From Enterobacteria phage T6: a stretch of 64,000 nucleotides of DNA. The DNA lies in the sequence record MH550421. One strand, given 5' to 3'. The notes below the pieces were generated by a model that had not been told where the DNA came from, did not search any database, and saw only the letters and a program-made list of their open reading frames with translations. Both the position numbers and the translations under genes were made by a program. Below, piece after piece: positions 19,105 to 30,153 of this stretch; position 1 is the first letter of the stretch, and each line of letters begins with the position of its first letter.

Positions 19105-20531
19105 TAAAATTTTAATTCATTCGCCAAAGCATCTAACTGAGCTCGAGTCGATTCGTTTCTTTGATAGCGATTCTGCTCAGCTTGTATCTGTTGTGAACCT
19201 GCTACCTCACTCACTTCAGTTGGAGTAGAATCTTGTTCAATTTCTACCCATTTCTGATTTCCTTTTTGAACACCCATCAAAAACTTATTCCATTTATTCT
19301 TATCACCATATCGTGATTTGATTTGCTTAATAAGTTGTTGTTCAGCAGCTGCTAACTCCTCGGTTTCAATGACCGCAAGCATAAAATCAGCTGTTGCTGG
19401 AAGACCGGCAGATTCTGCAATATCGCTCATGTTAACATCAGAAGAATCCCAAGCTTGTTTACCAACCTGTGCTGCAGTCCAAAGAACAGTTTCGGTTTCA
19501 ACAGCAAGAGCACGTAATTCCTCTGCAATGGCTTTAACAGTTGTGTAACTATTTTCTGAGTAAACTCTAATGCGGCAAGATTTACAAATACCTAGATAGT
19601 CGACAATAATGATTGTTGGAACAAAATTCTTCTTGAGCTTCAATTCGTTTAAAAGTGATCGAAATGTATTAGCGTCTGCTCCACCAGTAGGATACTGTTT
19701 AACGATTAAACGACCAAGAGTAGATTTCTCACGCCATTTTTCCATTTTTCCTTTATACTCAGCGTAAGAAATATGCCCATCATCAATGTCATCAAGAGAA
19801 ACATCAAGCATATTAGCATCAATACGTTTAGCACAGACTTCTTCTGCCATTTCCATGGAAATGTAAAGAACATTGTGTCCGAGCTGCAAATAATCTGCTG
19901 CCAATGAACACAATCCTAATGACTTACCGACGTTAACGCCAGCCATTAAAACGTTCAGTGTTCCAGTCTCAGCTCCGCCTTTAGTAATTTTGTTTAGAAT
20001 TCTGAGTTTAAATGGAACCTTGCGAGCTTTATTCATATAAGATAGCCAACGTGCTTCGTAGTCATCCATCCAATCATGACCAACGTAGCTATCAAATGAA
20101 ATAGATAATGCCTGGCGCATGATGTCAGGAATAGCACCAACATCCGGCATTTTCTTATTTCGTTTTTCCGGAGGAAGCTCAGCATTAGTTTGAATTTCGA
20201 TTATTTTAGACGTAGCATTAAACATCGCCCTTTGCTGAACATATTTTTCTGTTTCTTTTATTAACCAACTGCGGTCTTCTGGAGAATCAGCTAGTTTTGA
20301 AATAAGTGTTTTTACACCAGAATATTCTGTTTCAGTAAATGAACTATTTTCTAATGCAACATTTAACGCATTAATAGATGGAACGCTATGATACTCATTA
20401 ACATGGGATTTAATTAATTTGAATGTATTTTTAGCTGGACCACTTTCAAAATATTCTGAATCCATATATGGCCAAACTTTTGAAAAATAAGCTTGATCAA
20501 ATATGAGATGAGAAAGAATAATTTCTACCAC
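19104..20531 (-). CDS. 41: replicative DNA helicase gp41 (DnaB-like)
   Basis: 475 aa; Walker A GVNVGKS. Confidence 0.9.
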   Translation of the reverse strand: MVEIILSHLIFDQAYFSKVWPYMDSEYFESGPAKNTFKLIKSHVNEYHSVPSINALNVALENSSFTETEYSGVKTLISKLADSPEDRSWLIKETEKYVQQRAMFNATSKIIEIQTNAELPPEKRNKKMPDVGAIPDIMRQALSISFDSYVGHDWMDDYEARWLSYMNKARKVPFKLRILNKITKGGAETGTLNVLMAGVNVGKSLGLCSLAADYLQLGHNVLYISMEMAEEVCAKRIDANMLDVSLDDIDDGHISYAEYKGKMEKWREKSTLGRLIVKQYPTGGADANTFRSLLNELKLKKNFVPTIIIVDYLGICKSCRIRVYSENSYTTVKAIAEELRALAVETETVLWTAAQVGKQAWDSSDVNMSDIAESAGLPATADFMLAVIETEELAAAEQQLIKQIKSRYGDKNKWNKFLMGVQKGNQKWVEIEQDSTPTEVSEVAGSQQIQAEQNRYQRNESTRAQLDALANELKF

Positions 20532-20540
20532 ACTTACTCC

Positions 20541-20903
20541 TTAAAAGAATTTAAATTTTTTCTTTGACCTTTTATTAAATGCATCTTGCAGTTGCATTGT
20601 AATACATTTTTCTACATGAGGAGCTAACTCAGCTTTTCTTTCTTGGTCAAGAACAGCAAAGTCCATTACAACCTTTCCATCAACCCAATCCAGTTTAGTT
20701 ACATACACTATATGCGTAGAACCATCTTCTAGTTTAATGACAATCTCCTGGATAACATTTTCCATAGCAGATTTAATTATCTTAAGAGACTCATTAAAAA
20801 GACGTTCTTTTCTTTCTTCTTCCCCCTCCGAAGAGGGGGATTCATCGATAATTTCTAGATCTAAATCTAAATCATCTTTATTCATTAAATTCTTCCATAT
20901 CAC
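20541..20903 (-). CDS. 40: gp40-like acidic protein, 120 aa
   Basis: position between 41 and uvsX; acidic. Confidence 0.55.
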   Translation of the reverse strand: MIWKNLMNKDDLDLDLEIIDESPSSEGEEERKERLFNESLKIIKSAMENVIQEIVIKLEDGSTHIVYVTKLDWVDGKVVMDFAVLDQERKAELAPHVEKCITMQLQDAFNKRSKKKFKFF

Positions 20904-22059
20904 TTAACTGCTCTAGGTCAGTTTCTAAATCAGCAGCTGATTTACTTTTACTTTCTGGAGATTTAAATTTTTCAACCTTTGAGTTAATCAATTCATCAAC
21001 TTCAGCTTCAACAATTTCATTACTATCAATAGCACCTAACTGATAAGCACGTTTAATAGCATCTCGGAATGGTTGATGCTTAAATAAAGGACCCCAGAAT
21101 GTAGTGCAGTTAGTATCTTTTGCACGCCAAGATTTTTCTTCGCGAATCATCTCGCCAGTTTCTTCGTCAAGAAATTCACGAGCATACCAGCCATTTTTTG
21201 GTTTTACTACAAATCCTAATTCTAGAGCCATATCTAACAATCCAGAATAAGGATCGATACCACCGTCAAATTTAACATCAATAAAGAATTTACTTTTTTC
21301 TTTAACGGTACGAGATTTTTCTACATTTAGAACAAATTGATACCCCTGAAGATCAGAACCATCTTTAATCTGACGCTTACCGATAATGAATACAGTATCA
21401 GCCGAATACATTACGCCTGTACCACCTGTCATCACGGTTTTACTAAACATTTCAATTGTTTCAATTGTATGGTTAACCGCAACACATGGAATATTTTTAA
21501 TGCTAAAATAAGGAGTAACAATACGGAATAATGACTTCAGTGATTTAGCACGAGTCATATCTGCCACAGATTTTTCATTCAAGGCATCTTCCGTTTCTTT
21601 CTTGGAAGCCATATTACCAATTGAGTCGATGAATACAATAACTTTTTCACCACGCTCAATAGCTTCAAGCTGGTTCACCATATCAATTTTCAGCTGTTCA
21701 ACTGACTGGATTGGCGTATGAATTACACGTTCCGGGTCAACTCCCATGGATCGCAAATAAGCTGGAGTAATACCAAATTCGCTATCATAGAATAGACAAA
21801 CCGCGTCAGGATATTTGTTCAAATACGCTGCAACCATAGTCAAAGACATATTTGATTTAAAGTGTTTAGAAGGCCCTGCGAAAATAGTTAAACCAGACTG
21901 CATACCGCCATCAATCGCACCAGAAATAGCAATATTAAGCATTGGGATTTTTGTACGGATTACATCCTTTTCATTAAAGAATTTAGATGTAGTCAGCTCA
22001 GCAGTCATTTTAGAAGTGGAAGCTTTAATCAAACGGGATTTTAAATCTGCAATAGACAT
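20878..22059 (-). CDS. uvsX: UvsX recombinase (RecA-like)
   Basis: 393 aa; N-terminus MSIADLKSRLIKASTSK; RecA fold motifs. Confidence 0.9.
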   Translation of the reverse strand: MSIADLKSRLIKASTSKMTAELTTSKFFNEKDVIRTKIPMLNIAISGAIDGGMQSGLTIFAGPSKHFKSNMSLTMVAAYLNKYPDAVCLFYDSEFGITPAYLRSMGVDPERVIHTPIQSVEQLKIDMVNQLEAIERGEKVIVFIDSIGNMASKKETEDALNEKSVADMTRAKSLKSLFRIVTPYFSIKNIPCVAVNHTIETIEMFSKTVMTGGTGVMYSADTVFIIGKRQIKDGSDLQGYQFVLNVEKSRTVKEKSKFFIDVKFDGGIDPYSGLLDMALELGFVVKPKNGWYAREFLDEETGEMIREEKSWRAKDTNCTTFWGPLFKHQPFRDAIKRAYQLGAIDSNEIVEAEVDELINSKVEKFKSPESKSKSAADLETDLEQLSDMEEFNE

Positions 22060-22136
22060 TCATTTTTTCCATAGGCATCATTATATTTTCCTCACTGGTT
22101 AAAGATAGAGTAATTATAACACAATAAATTTAGGCA

Positions 22137-22922
22137 TTAATCAACTGCTATTGGATGAATAGCATTAAACTTATGAAATGCTTCTGATTTTTCTTTACGC
22201 GAAACACACATGCGAAGAACCTTTAGTGGTTCATCTTCTTCACCCAACGATTTTCGTTTTTCAATATTCGATGTTTTCCAACGAGCTTGCTCTGGAAACT
22301 CTCTATTGATTTGCTCAAGCGCTCTATTATGTTTAGAATTACTACGAATTGAACTGCACCCGCCAGGAGCTTGTGCTTTTCCAGATACAACCAGATATTT
22401 GAACAAGGCCAAATGCGGATAACCTTGATTAATTAAATTGAGAAATGCATACATATCTTCGCATAAATCAATTTTTCCATACCCAATTTGTTCTGTCGTA
22501 AGTTTTCCGAGGTCATACCATGTATTCGTGAATCCATATGAATTTTCACGATAATTACCCCAAGATGAAGTAATTTTAAAAATAGGTAGACGAGCATGGC
22601 CATGATAATACCCACAATCCATGGCATCCTCAACATATTGAATCAATTCATAGAACTGTTCATGAGTCAATTGATTGACTTTATCCACACAACGACGGTC
22701 ATCTCTTTTTCGCATTGAACTCATACGAATAGTAGTATCATCATCAATCATCCAGATTCGTTGACCTGCATACATATCAGTAATTGCTTTACGAGTTCCA
22801 GCAATTCCATTAACACCATCAGGAATAGTTATAATTTTAGCCCTAGACCCGTAAGCGTCATTATAAGCTTTTTCTTCGTGTTCACGCACTACAATATGAG
22901 GTTCATAATCAGTCGGAAACAT
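22137..22922 (-). CDS. glycosyltransferase, GT-A-like with DxD motif (candidate HMC-DNA glucosyl transferase of beta-alpha type)
   Basis: 261 aa; WMIDDD motif; occupies the beta-gt locus between uvsX and 42 but is shorter than and unlike T4 beta-gt. Confidence 0.5.
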   Translation of the reverse strand: MFPTDYEPHIVVREHEEKAYNDAYGSRAKIITIPDGVNGIAGTRKAITDMYAGQRIWMIDDDTTIRMSSMRKRDDRRCVDKVNQLTHEQFYELIQYVEDAMDCGYYHGHARLPIFKITSSWGNYRENSYGFTNTWYDLGKLTTEQIGYGKIDLCEDMYAFLNLINQGYPHLALFKYLVVSGKAQAPGGCSSIRSNSKHNRALEQINREFPEQARWKTSNIEKRKSLGEEDEPLKVLRMCVSRKEKSEAFHKFNAIHPIAVD

Positions 22923-22975
22923 ATCAAGGGCAGAAACTGCCCCTACACGCTAATAACTTGGAATTACGAATTGAA

Positions 22976-23716
22976 TCATTTCCACTCACCTTTATAGTCT
23001 TTTTTCACGATATGAGTTTCGCCAGTATTCCACCAATGATCAACCAAGTAAAAATGACGAGAATATACATGAAGACTTCCAACATTCCATATAATAGAAC
23101 CTGCTTTATACTGACGAGTTGGATCGCCTGCATTCAAATCAGATACTAATTTATCTAATACGTATTTTTGCCATGCATAATCATTACGGAATCCGAAGAC
23201 CACGTCATTTGAGCGCATGCTTACTACCGCATTGACTTTCTTATCACGAATCAGGTACTGTACTGTATTAGTACACATGAAATCTGACATGCCATCTTTA
23301 TTGTAATCAAATTGCATGGATGGACGAGTATAAATCATGATACCACGTCGAGAATCAGGATTTTGACCAAGTTCAGCTAAACACATATCATACTGAGCAT
23401 AGTTATCTTCTGACCAAATAGCCCAGCCATAATTCGAGTTAATTTCGCCTTTAGAAGATGCTACCTGCTGCCAAATCTTTGGTGTTTCACCTGGAATATC
23501 TTTAACAAACAGACTTTGAGACTTGTACCATTCAAGTTCACGCTGAATGTATTCATCATTAAGAGCGCCAAAAATAAAGGGTTCATCTGCTACAAATGAT
23601 GCGCCAATAATTTCAATAGTTTTAACACCAGTTTTATCAACTACGAAATCTTTTTCCTTTAATGCAAGCCCCAAATGAAGACGGATTTCTTCAACTGTCA
23701 TAGAGTCATTAATCAT
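22976..23716 (-). CDS. 42: dCMP hydroxymethylase gp42
   Basis: 246 aa; thymidylate-synthase-like; exact size of T4 gp42. Confidence 0.85.
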   Translation of the reverse strand: MINDSMTVEEIRLHLGLALKEKDFVVDKTGVKTIEIIGASFVADEPFIFGALNDEYIQRELEWYKSQSLFVKDIPGETPKIWQQVASSKGEINSNYGWAIWSEDNYAQYDMCLAELGQNPDSRRGIMIYTRPSMQFDYNKDGMSDFMCTNTVQYLIRDKKVNAVVSMRSNDVVFGFRNDYAWQKYVLDKLVSDLNAGDPTRQYKAGSIIWNVGSLHVYSRHFYLVDHWWNTGETHIVKKDYKGEWK

Positions 23717-23869
23717 TTAAACCTCAATTGATGCATTCATATTTAAATTGTAACAGTAATAAACCCCACCCTATGATAAGAGTTGGAATCATAGCAGGAA
23801 CTGTTACGCTATAGTATATACTTATTATAACCATCAAGATTAAAAGCAATGCTGCTATAATTTTGCTTT

Positions 23870-24121
23870 TCATTCCTTCTCTCTGATGATAATTACCTGA
23901 TTTGGCTGTGCAGACTTTTTAGTTTCACCAGCAATTGACCAAATAAATGTAATAAACCAACCAATAATTGACCAGTTAAACAGTAAAGATGTGAAAAAGA
24001 TTCCTACTGTCGATTTTGACCCACGCATCAAGGCGATGAACCATGGAAGCATGTATATAATAATAGCCAACACGCCTGAAACTAAAACCATAAAAATTGA
24101 ACCTGCTACTAAAGTTTCCAT
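23870..24121 (-). CDS. imm: immunity protein Imm (superinfection exclusion)
   Basis: 83 aa, two TM helices, METLVAGSIFMVLVSG... Confidence 0.85.
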   Translation of the reverse strand: METLVAGSIFMVLVSGVLAIIIYMLPWFIALMRGSKSTVGIFFTSLLFNWSIIGWFITFIWSIAGETKKSAQPNQVIIIREKE

Positions 24122-24128
24122 GTTTTCC

Positions 24129-24521
24129 TCACTTAGTCAAATTTTTTACGCATGAATTATAAGAATTCACTACATACTCCATCGGAGCATTTTTACCTGT
24201 GCGCCATTGGTAATTATTAGCCCAATTTGCCCAAATTTCGGCGCAGTAGTTTTCAATTTTTTCTTCGCGTGTAATTACATCAGAATTACGATATGCTTGA
24301 GCAGATTCATCTGGACGAATAGCTTCGTCAAAATTCGCCTGCATTTGTTCTACTGTCTGTTTTGGAGCTTCTTTATAACACTTGACATTAGGATTATAAA
24401 ACTTGCTTGAACAGTTTACAATTTTTCCTACATCAGACTGATTTACTACCGGTCCTTGAGCTACACAACCAGTAAGACCTAATGCAATAACCAAAATAGC
24501 GATTTTCATTTCATTCTCCAA
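24129..24521 (-). CDS. predicted lipoprotein, 130 aa (imm.1 position)
   Basis: signal peptide with lipobox LTGC. Confidence 0.5.
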   Translation of the reverse strand: MENEMKIAILVIALGLTGCVAQGPVVNQSDVGKIVNCSSKFYNPNVKCYKEAPKQTVEQMQANFDEAIRPDESAQAYRNSDVITREEKIENYCAEIWANWANNYQWRTGKNAPMEYVVNSYNSCVKNLTK

Positions 24522-24543
24522 ATCCGTATCAGTTGATAGTTGT

Positions 24544-24573
24544 ATAGTACCATGGAAGAACAGGGATGTAAAC
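24544..24573 (-). promoter_or_regulatory. sigma70-type early promoter
   Basis: rc GTTTAC (24568-24573), 18-nt spacer, TGGTACTAT. Confidence 0.65.
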
Positions 24574-24656
24574 AGTTTTGTGAAAAAATTTTTAGGGAAT
24601 TCTAAAGGTCCAGAATCATCTGTTTTTCATAAGTATAGATTTATATTACTTGTATG

Positions 24657-24680
24657 AAAAAGGGACCCGGAGGTCCCTAG
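24657..24680 (-). terminator. hairpin terminator downstream of gene 43
   Basis: gggacc-cgga-ggtccc with flanking A and T runs. Confidence 0.7.
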
Positions 24681-24690
24681 ATTTATTCTA

Positions 24691-27387
24691 TCAGCCAAAC
24701 AGGAAGTCTAACGAAGCTTTTTCTTCATAGTCCATACCAGCCGATTCACACATGCCTGCAAGCGGTTTAACAAACGATTTTTGGAACAAAGTTGAGTAGT
24801 CAATCCAAGATAGTACATCAGAACGAATTTCTTTTGGAAGTTCTGTACCCGACGGCCAAGCAATGCACTTGTCACCAAATGGATTTCCTTCACGCAATGG
24901 AAGAACCATTACTTTATTTCCATCCAAAATTGGAGCTACACCCAGACCACTAACAGCTCGACGATAAGTTAGCACACCGCGAATATGGAACGGACATTTA
25001 AATCCTGGCCAACCTTTATCATCATATTTCGCTATATCGTTCGCAGTTTTTACTTCAGCAATAACTTTATAGTCGAGTTGACGATATTCTTTCTCGAAGT
25101 TCTTGTAGTATTCTTGGACAGACTCTTCACCTTCCTGAAGAATACGACGAATACTTTCTTCAAGAGCTTCTTGTACTGCTTTTGGTGTTGAACTCTGCTG
25201 AGTTTCCATACCCATGATTTTTAGATGCGGTTCAGCAAATCGCTTATCTTCCATATCATAAACGTTCAGAGCATAACGTTTTTTCGCTTTCCAAAATCCA
25301 CCAACACCCTTTGAACCAAGCGGAGGGCAAGAAATAGCTTCACGGTCCATATGCATCAGATGCTCGCGATTATTCATATAATCACATAACTCACGATATG
25401 CAACATCAATCATAGGTTCCATCTTTTTCTTACCAAACTGATTCATGAATTCAACTAAATCATTTTGTTCTTTAAAGCGGTCAAGACCTACTTTTTCAAT
25501 TACTTTATCTACACAAACATATACCGAATCAGTATCACCTGCTGCAATGAAATCTTCGCCATTAGTTCCGCATACTTTATTCAGATATTCATTAATTTTA
25601 CGAGCAATCCACTGAATACCGACTTGACCAAAAATTGTGATAGCAGTAGCATTTCGCAAATCATAGTAACGAAAATGAATATTACCAAGAGCACCGTAAA
25701 GACTGTTAATAAGAATTTTACGGTTCAGCTGATTTGTGTTAGCAAGTGTAGCTGCTTTTTCACATTCTTCAATCAAACTATTGAGAACAGATTCGGTGTA
25801 ATTCGATAGTTCATTTAAGAAATCATCATTGAACTTAACATATCGTTCAACTTCCGGTTTAGTTGAACAAGACCCTGCACCTTTCATAATAATCTTTTTA
25901 ATAGCTTCGGCATTCATTTCTTCAGCGAACATTTTCTTTTTCCAGTCTTTACGCTGGAAAAATACTTTAGCGATTTCCTTTGGAATGATACCTTCTTGAT
26001 GCTTATCATACATCCATCCATTCGGAGAACAAGAATATTCATCACTCGGTTTAGGAGCTGTTCCTGCGATATATTCATGAATTGGATGAACTTTAAACTG
26101 CCCACGAATAGTCTCAGGACTAATGTTAACCTGACGAATAATGCTAGGATACAGAGACGTCAAGTCAAAACTCATAATGTATCGACGAGCAATTGGTTTA
26201 GGTTCAAATACAAATGCACCCGGAAAACTTTGTTTAACGTGCGAACCTTGTTGAGGAATAACCTTATGTTCACCTTTCAATGAGTTAAAAATAATAGCAT
26301 CCCAAGTTTTAATAGGACTCATTACACCAGAAAAAGGCATTTTAGCGTAATAAGACATACTTAAAACTAGATCGATAAACCCACGAATTTTATCAATTGC
26401 TTGAACTGATTCTACGTCAATGATGTTATAACTAATGTATCGTTGATGATTAGTCTCACGAAGTTTATTAATAGGACCGTCATATGGTAATTTACCTTTT
26501 TTGGTTTCATGTTGAGCAACTGATTCCAAAGAGAATGACGGCAAATTAGTAAAAGCGAATTTCTTGTACAAATCTAAATAATCAAGAATAGATACGCCAT
26601 CAATAGAATAAATTTCTTTGCTACCGTACATATTTTGAATTAGTTTAGATTTTACTCGACCGATTGGAGAAAAGCGTTTCATACTACGTTCACCGAGAAC
26701 CATTTTAACGCGATTCATGATATACGGAACGTCAAATCCCTCAATATTCCAACCAGTAAAAATAGCAGGTCGTTTCTGTTCCCAAAGATTGATATATTCC
26801 ATGAGCATATCACGCTCATTATCGAATGGCATATAAATTACTCGGTCAAGAATTTCTTGAGGAACTTCATCACCACCTTCACAGTCAAGCTTAGCAGCTA
26901 ACTTTGCATCCCATTTTGATACTGAACCGTACATTGAATTCAACAAATCAAAGACATAAAAACGATCGTCAATTGAATCGTAATGAGTGATAGCATCAAT
27001 TTCATATTCAGCTTTCATTGGGTCAGGAAATTTATCACCAGTAACCTCAATGTCACAGTTAGCTACACGAACAAATTTTCGGTCATAAACAATTTCTGAA
27101 CCGTATGTATCACTGATATAAGCGAGTTTAAAATCGTTCATACCGAGAGCTTCGAGACCGATGTCTTCCATTCGTTTCATCCAATCTCGAGCATCTTTCA
27201 TTGATGGAAATTTTTGAGGAGCGCAGTTTTTACCATAGATGTCTTTGTATTTTGACTCTTCCTTACAATGCCTAAACATAGTCGGAAGATATTCTACTTC
27301 ACGAGTACGTTCCTTTCCGTTTTCATCAATATAACGTTCAACAATGTTATTTCCGACTGTTTCGATAGAGATATAAAATTCTTTCAT
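24691..27387 (-). CDS. 43: DNA polymerase gp43 (family B)
   Basis: 898 aa; exo and pol motifs (DTDS region); size identical to T4 gp43. Confidence 0.95.
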   Translation of the reverse strand: MKEFYISIETVGNNIVERYIDENGKERTREVEYLPTMFRHCKEESKYKDIYGKNCAPQKFPSMKDARDWMKRMEDIGLEALGMNDFKLAYISDTYGSEIVYDRKFVRVANCDIEVTGDKFPDPMKAEYEIDAITHYDSIDDRFYVFDLLNSMYGSVSKWDAKLAAKLDCEGGDEVPQEILDRVIYMPFDNERDMLMEYINLWEQKRPAIFTGWNIEGFDVPYIMNRVKMVLGERSMKRFSPIGRVKSKLIQNMYGSKEIYSIDGVSILDYLDLYKKFAFTNLPSFSLESVAQHETKKGKLPYDGPINKLRETNHQRYISYNIIDVESVQAIDKIRGFIDLVLSMSYYAKMPFSGVMSPIKTWDAIIFNSLKGEHKVIPQQGSHVKQSFPGAFVFEPKPIARRYIMSFDLTSLYPSIIRQVNISPETIRGQFKVHPIHEYIAGTAPKPSDEYSCSPNGWMYDKHQEGIIPKEIAKVFFQRKDWKKKMFAEEMNAEAIKKIIMKGAGSCSTKPEVERYVKFNDDFLNELSNYTESVLNSLIEECEKAATLANTNQLNRKILINSLYGALGNIHFRYYDLRNATAITIFGQVGIQWIARKINEYLNKVCGTNGEDFIAAGDTDSVYVCVDKVIEKVGLDRFKEQNDLVEFMNQFGKKKMEPMIDVAYRELCDYMNNREHLMHMDREAISCPPLGSKGVGGFWKAKKRYALNVYDMEDKRFAEPHLKIMGMETQQSSTPKAVQEALEESIRRILQEGEESVQEYYKNFEKEYRQLDYKVIAEVKTANDIAKYDDKGWPGFKCPFHIRGVLTYRRAVSGLGVAPILDGNKVMVLPLREGNPFGDKCIAWPSGTELPKEIRSDVLSWIDYSTLFQKSFVKPLAGMCESAGMDYEEKASLDFLFG

Positions 27388-27444
27388 AGATATTCCTTAG
27401 TTTATAGCCCGAGTTATTAGGCTCTTGATATATTATACTCCAAA

Positions 27445-27464
27445 TAAGGGGCCGAAGCCCCTTG
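27445..27464 (-). terminator. hairpin terminator downstream of regA
   Basis: ggggc-cgaa-gcccc stem-loop. Confidence 0.6.
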
Positions 27465-27465
27465 C

Positions 27466-27834
27466 TTAATTACCAATCGTATATTTAGGAACGAGTTTCC
27501 ATTCATGTTTTTGTTTAAAAGAAATAACTCGGAAGTTATTAGTTAAATCTTTCATAAAAGTTCTTTGTCCAGGAACGATTTCAATCAGTCCCCAATCTTC
27601 TAACAACCATGCTATTGAATCACGACGAACTTCATCTTCTTCTGTCATTTCAACTTGGCGACCATCCATACGAAGCATTTCTTTAAAATGAACGATATAG
27701 TATAATCCTTTTTTCTGAAGAATATGACAGGACTGATACAGAACTTTATCTTTATTATTAGCAATTCCCATACGAGTCAAAGTTTCTTTTACTTTCAGAA
27801 AATCTTCAGGTTTTTTAAGAGTAATTTCAATCAT
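27466..27834 (-). CDS. regA: translational repressor RegA
   Basis: 122 aa MIEITLKKPEDFLKVKETL... Confidence 0.9.
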   Translation of the reverse strand: MIEITLKKPEDFLKVKETLTRMGIANNKDKVLYQSCHILQKKGLYYIVHFKEMLRMDGRQVEMTEEDEVRRDSIAWLLEDWGLIEIVPGQRTFMKDLTNNFRVISFKQKHEWKLVPKYTIGN

Positions 27835-27835
27835 T

Positions 27836-28399
27836 TTACCATTCCAATGCTAGTTTTTTGAGTTGTTTCTGTTCTTTTACGTTCTTAGTCACTTCTTTCA
27901 AAAAATCATCCGTGACTAATCCTTTTAGTTCTTTTAATACTAAAGGAAGTTTTCCATTTTTAGTAAGAATTGATTTATAGTTAATTGCATCATTTGTATT
28001 AACTTGATACCGCTTAGCAAGTAACTTAATAATCAATACTTCGGTGGAATCTTCAACCAGTTTTGCCCATTTACCATATCTTTTACCACGAGGAACTGCA
28101 GCCATTAGATAATTAAAATGAGCTTCATCACTTAAGCCTGATCCAATTAAATTCATAGCATATACAGCTGGCATGCACTCCGGAAATTGCGATAATGCAT
28201 TTTCAACCATGAATTTTGAATAATCTTTTTGAGCAATAGAGCATTTAGTTTTATTATTGATAGCTCCAATTATTTCAAAAAATTCATTTTCGGCTTTTTC
28301 TTTAAAAGAATCAGCAGCGGATTGGACAGCTGTCCAATCTTTTGAATACCAAGCAACTTGATGCTCGTTTAATTGAATATCATCTTCAAATAAGCTCAT
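27836..28399 (-). CDS. 62: clamp loader small subunit gp62
   Basis: 187 aa; between regA and gene 44. Confidence 0.85.
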   Translation of the reverse strand: MSLFEDDIQLNEHQVAWYSKDWTAVQSAADSFKEKAENEFFEIIGAINNKTKCSIAQKDYSKFMVENALSQFPECMPAVYAMNLIGSGLSDEAHFNYLMAAVPRGKRYGKWAKLVEDSTEVLIIKLLAKRYQVNTNDAINYKSILTKNGKLPLVLKELKGLVTDDFLKEVTKNVKEQKQLKKLALEW

Positions 28400-28400
28400 A

Positions 28401-29375
28401 TCACTTCCACTGCATTTCGCATGCTAATTGAATGAAAAGATAAGCTAGATGCAATTCAGTATTAGCTGCAATACCATGATACTGATTATTTTCACCAACA
28501 ATTTCGTACATACGAATAATACTTTGTGGAGTTACACGTGAATAGATTTCTTCGGCAAGTTTACCCACGAACCACGAATAATCAGCTGCATATTTTGGTG
28601 CTAAAGCTCTGAGTTGTTTAACATCTTTATTTTTGAGAGACTCAAGAACATCATCAATAGCACCACGATCGTTAGTAACCAGTGATAAAATACCAGCATC
28701 CAAAACACCTTTAGATGAATAACTATCGAGCTCGCCAATAGTTTTACGAAAATCAGGAAAATTCTTTTTAACCAAAGCTGCTACAACTTTCATATCAGCT
28801 ATAGCAATTCCTTCATGCTTGCAGATTTCAGTCAATCGACGAATCATCTGCTTCATCATTTCAATTTTATCTTCATCAGTTGGTTGACCGAACGTAATAA
28901 CTCGGCAGCGTGACTGAAGCGGTTTAATAATACCATCAATGTTGTTAGCAGTAATAATAATACTACAGTTTGAACTATAAGCTTCCATAAAGGAACGAAG
29001 ATGTCGCTGAGACTCTGCTAACCCTGAGCGGTCAAATTCATCAATAACGATTACTTTTTGACGACCATCAAATGAAGCGGCGCTGGCAAAATTAGTCAAA
29101 GGACCACGAACGAAATCAATTTTACAATCTGACCCATTCACAAACATCATATCAGCATTTACATCATGACACAATGCTTTCGCTACAGTTGTTTTGCCTG
29201 TTCCTGGAGAAGGAGAATGAAGAATAATATGTGGAATCTTACCTTTACTTGTAATAGATTTAAAGGTTTCTTTATCAAAGGCGGGAAGAATACACTCATC
29301 GATAGTAGATGGACGATATTTCTGTTCAAGAATGTGTTCTTTTTCATTTACGGTAATCATAATTTCCTCATTCAA
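28401..29375 (-). CDS. 44: clamp loader AAA+ subunit gp44
   Basis: 324 aa; Walker [10 protein letters not shown]; Walker B DEFD. Confidence 0.9.
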   Translation of the reverse strand: MNEEIMITVNEKEHILEQKYRPSTIDECILPAFDKETFKSITSKGKIPHIILHSPSPGTGKTTVAKALCHDVNADMMFVNGSDCKIDFVRGPLTNFASAASFDGRQKVIVIDEFDRSGLAESQRHLRSFMEAYSSNCSIIITANNIDGIIKPLQSRCRVITFGQPTDEDKIEMMKQMIRRLTEICKHEGIAIADMKVVAALVKKNFPDFRKTIGELDSYSSKGVLDAGILSLVTNDRGAIDDVLESLKNKDVKQLRALAPKYAADYSWFVGKLAEEIYSRVTPQSIIRMYEIVGENNQYHGIAANTELHLAYLFIQLACEMQWK

Positions 29376-29390
29376 GTTTTAGTGTAAATT

Positions 29391-29412
29391 ATAAAGGGCC
29401 GAAGCCCTTTAT
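29391..29412 (-). terminator. hairpin terminator downstream of gene 45
   Basis: aaagggc-cgaa-gcccttt. Confidence 0.65.
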
Positions 29413-30098
29413 TAAAAATCGTGGGTAGAATCAGCTTCAAGAGCTACTACATAATTCGCGTGTTCACCTTCAAATTTAGCAGCACCTTGTTTACCTTTTG
29501 CCCAGAGCAGAAGTTTATAATTTCCTGGTTGCATTTTCATATTTGCCATATTGATAATGAAATTAAATGTATTTTCACCATCATAATCACCAAGAGTCAA
29601 AGAATATTTAACACGGGTCAGAGCAGAATCTTCTACTTTATTAAAACCGTTAATTACGATTTTACCTTCTTTTACCGTGATAGCAATTGTATCAATTTGC
29701 AGACCACGAGATACACGCAACAGTTGTTGAAGGTCTTCAGCTTTAATTTCAGTAACAACAGATGCTACCGGGAATGGAATTGGTTTATTAGGAGCAACTA
29801 CTGTACTCGGATCGGCTGCTGGCCAAAAAATTGTTGAGCGGGCATCAGCAATTTTAATATTTCCATCTTCTGACTGGGAAATTTCTGCATCATCATTAAC
29901 TAGAGACAGAATACCGAGAAAACCGTTCAAATCGTAAATTGCTACATCAAAGTCAATAACGTCAGAAATATTTGCTTCCGCATAAGTTGTACCATTAACT
30001 GCACGAGTCATAATAAATTGACCTGATTTAAGCATAATACCGGAGTTAATAGTAGCGAAATTTTTAAGCAGAGCAGTAGTATCTTTAGACAGTTTCAT
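29412..30098 (-). CDS. 45: sliding clamp gp45
   Basis: 228 aa; acidic; position after gp44. Confidence 0.85.
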   Translation of the reverse strand: MKLSKDTTALLKNFATINSGIMLKSGQFIMTRAVNGTTYAEANISDVIDFDVAIYDLNGFLGILSLVNDDAEISQSEDGNIKIADARSTIFWPAADPSTVVAPNKPIPFPVASVVTEIKAEDLQQLLRVSRGLQIDTIAITVKEGKIVINGFNKVEDSALTRVKYSLTLGDYDGENTFNFIINMANMKMQPGNYKLLLWAKGKQGAAKFEGEHANYVVALEADSTHDF

Positions 30099-30153
30099 GT
30101 AATTTCCTTCAATTCAAATGAGATTTAATTTTATAACTAATTTAATAAAGCAA

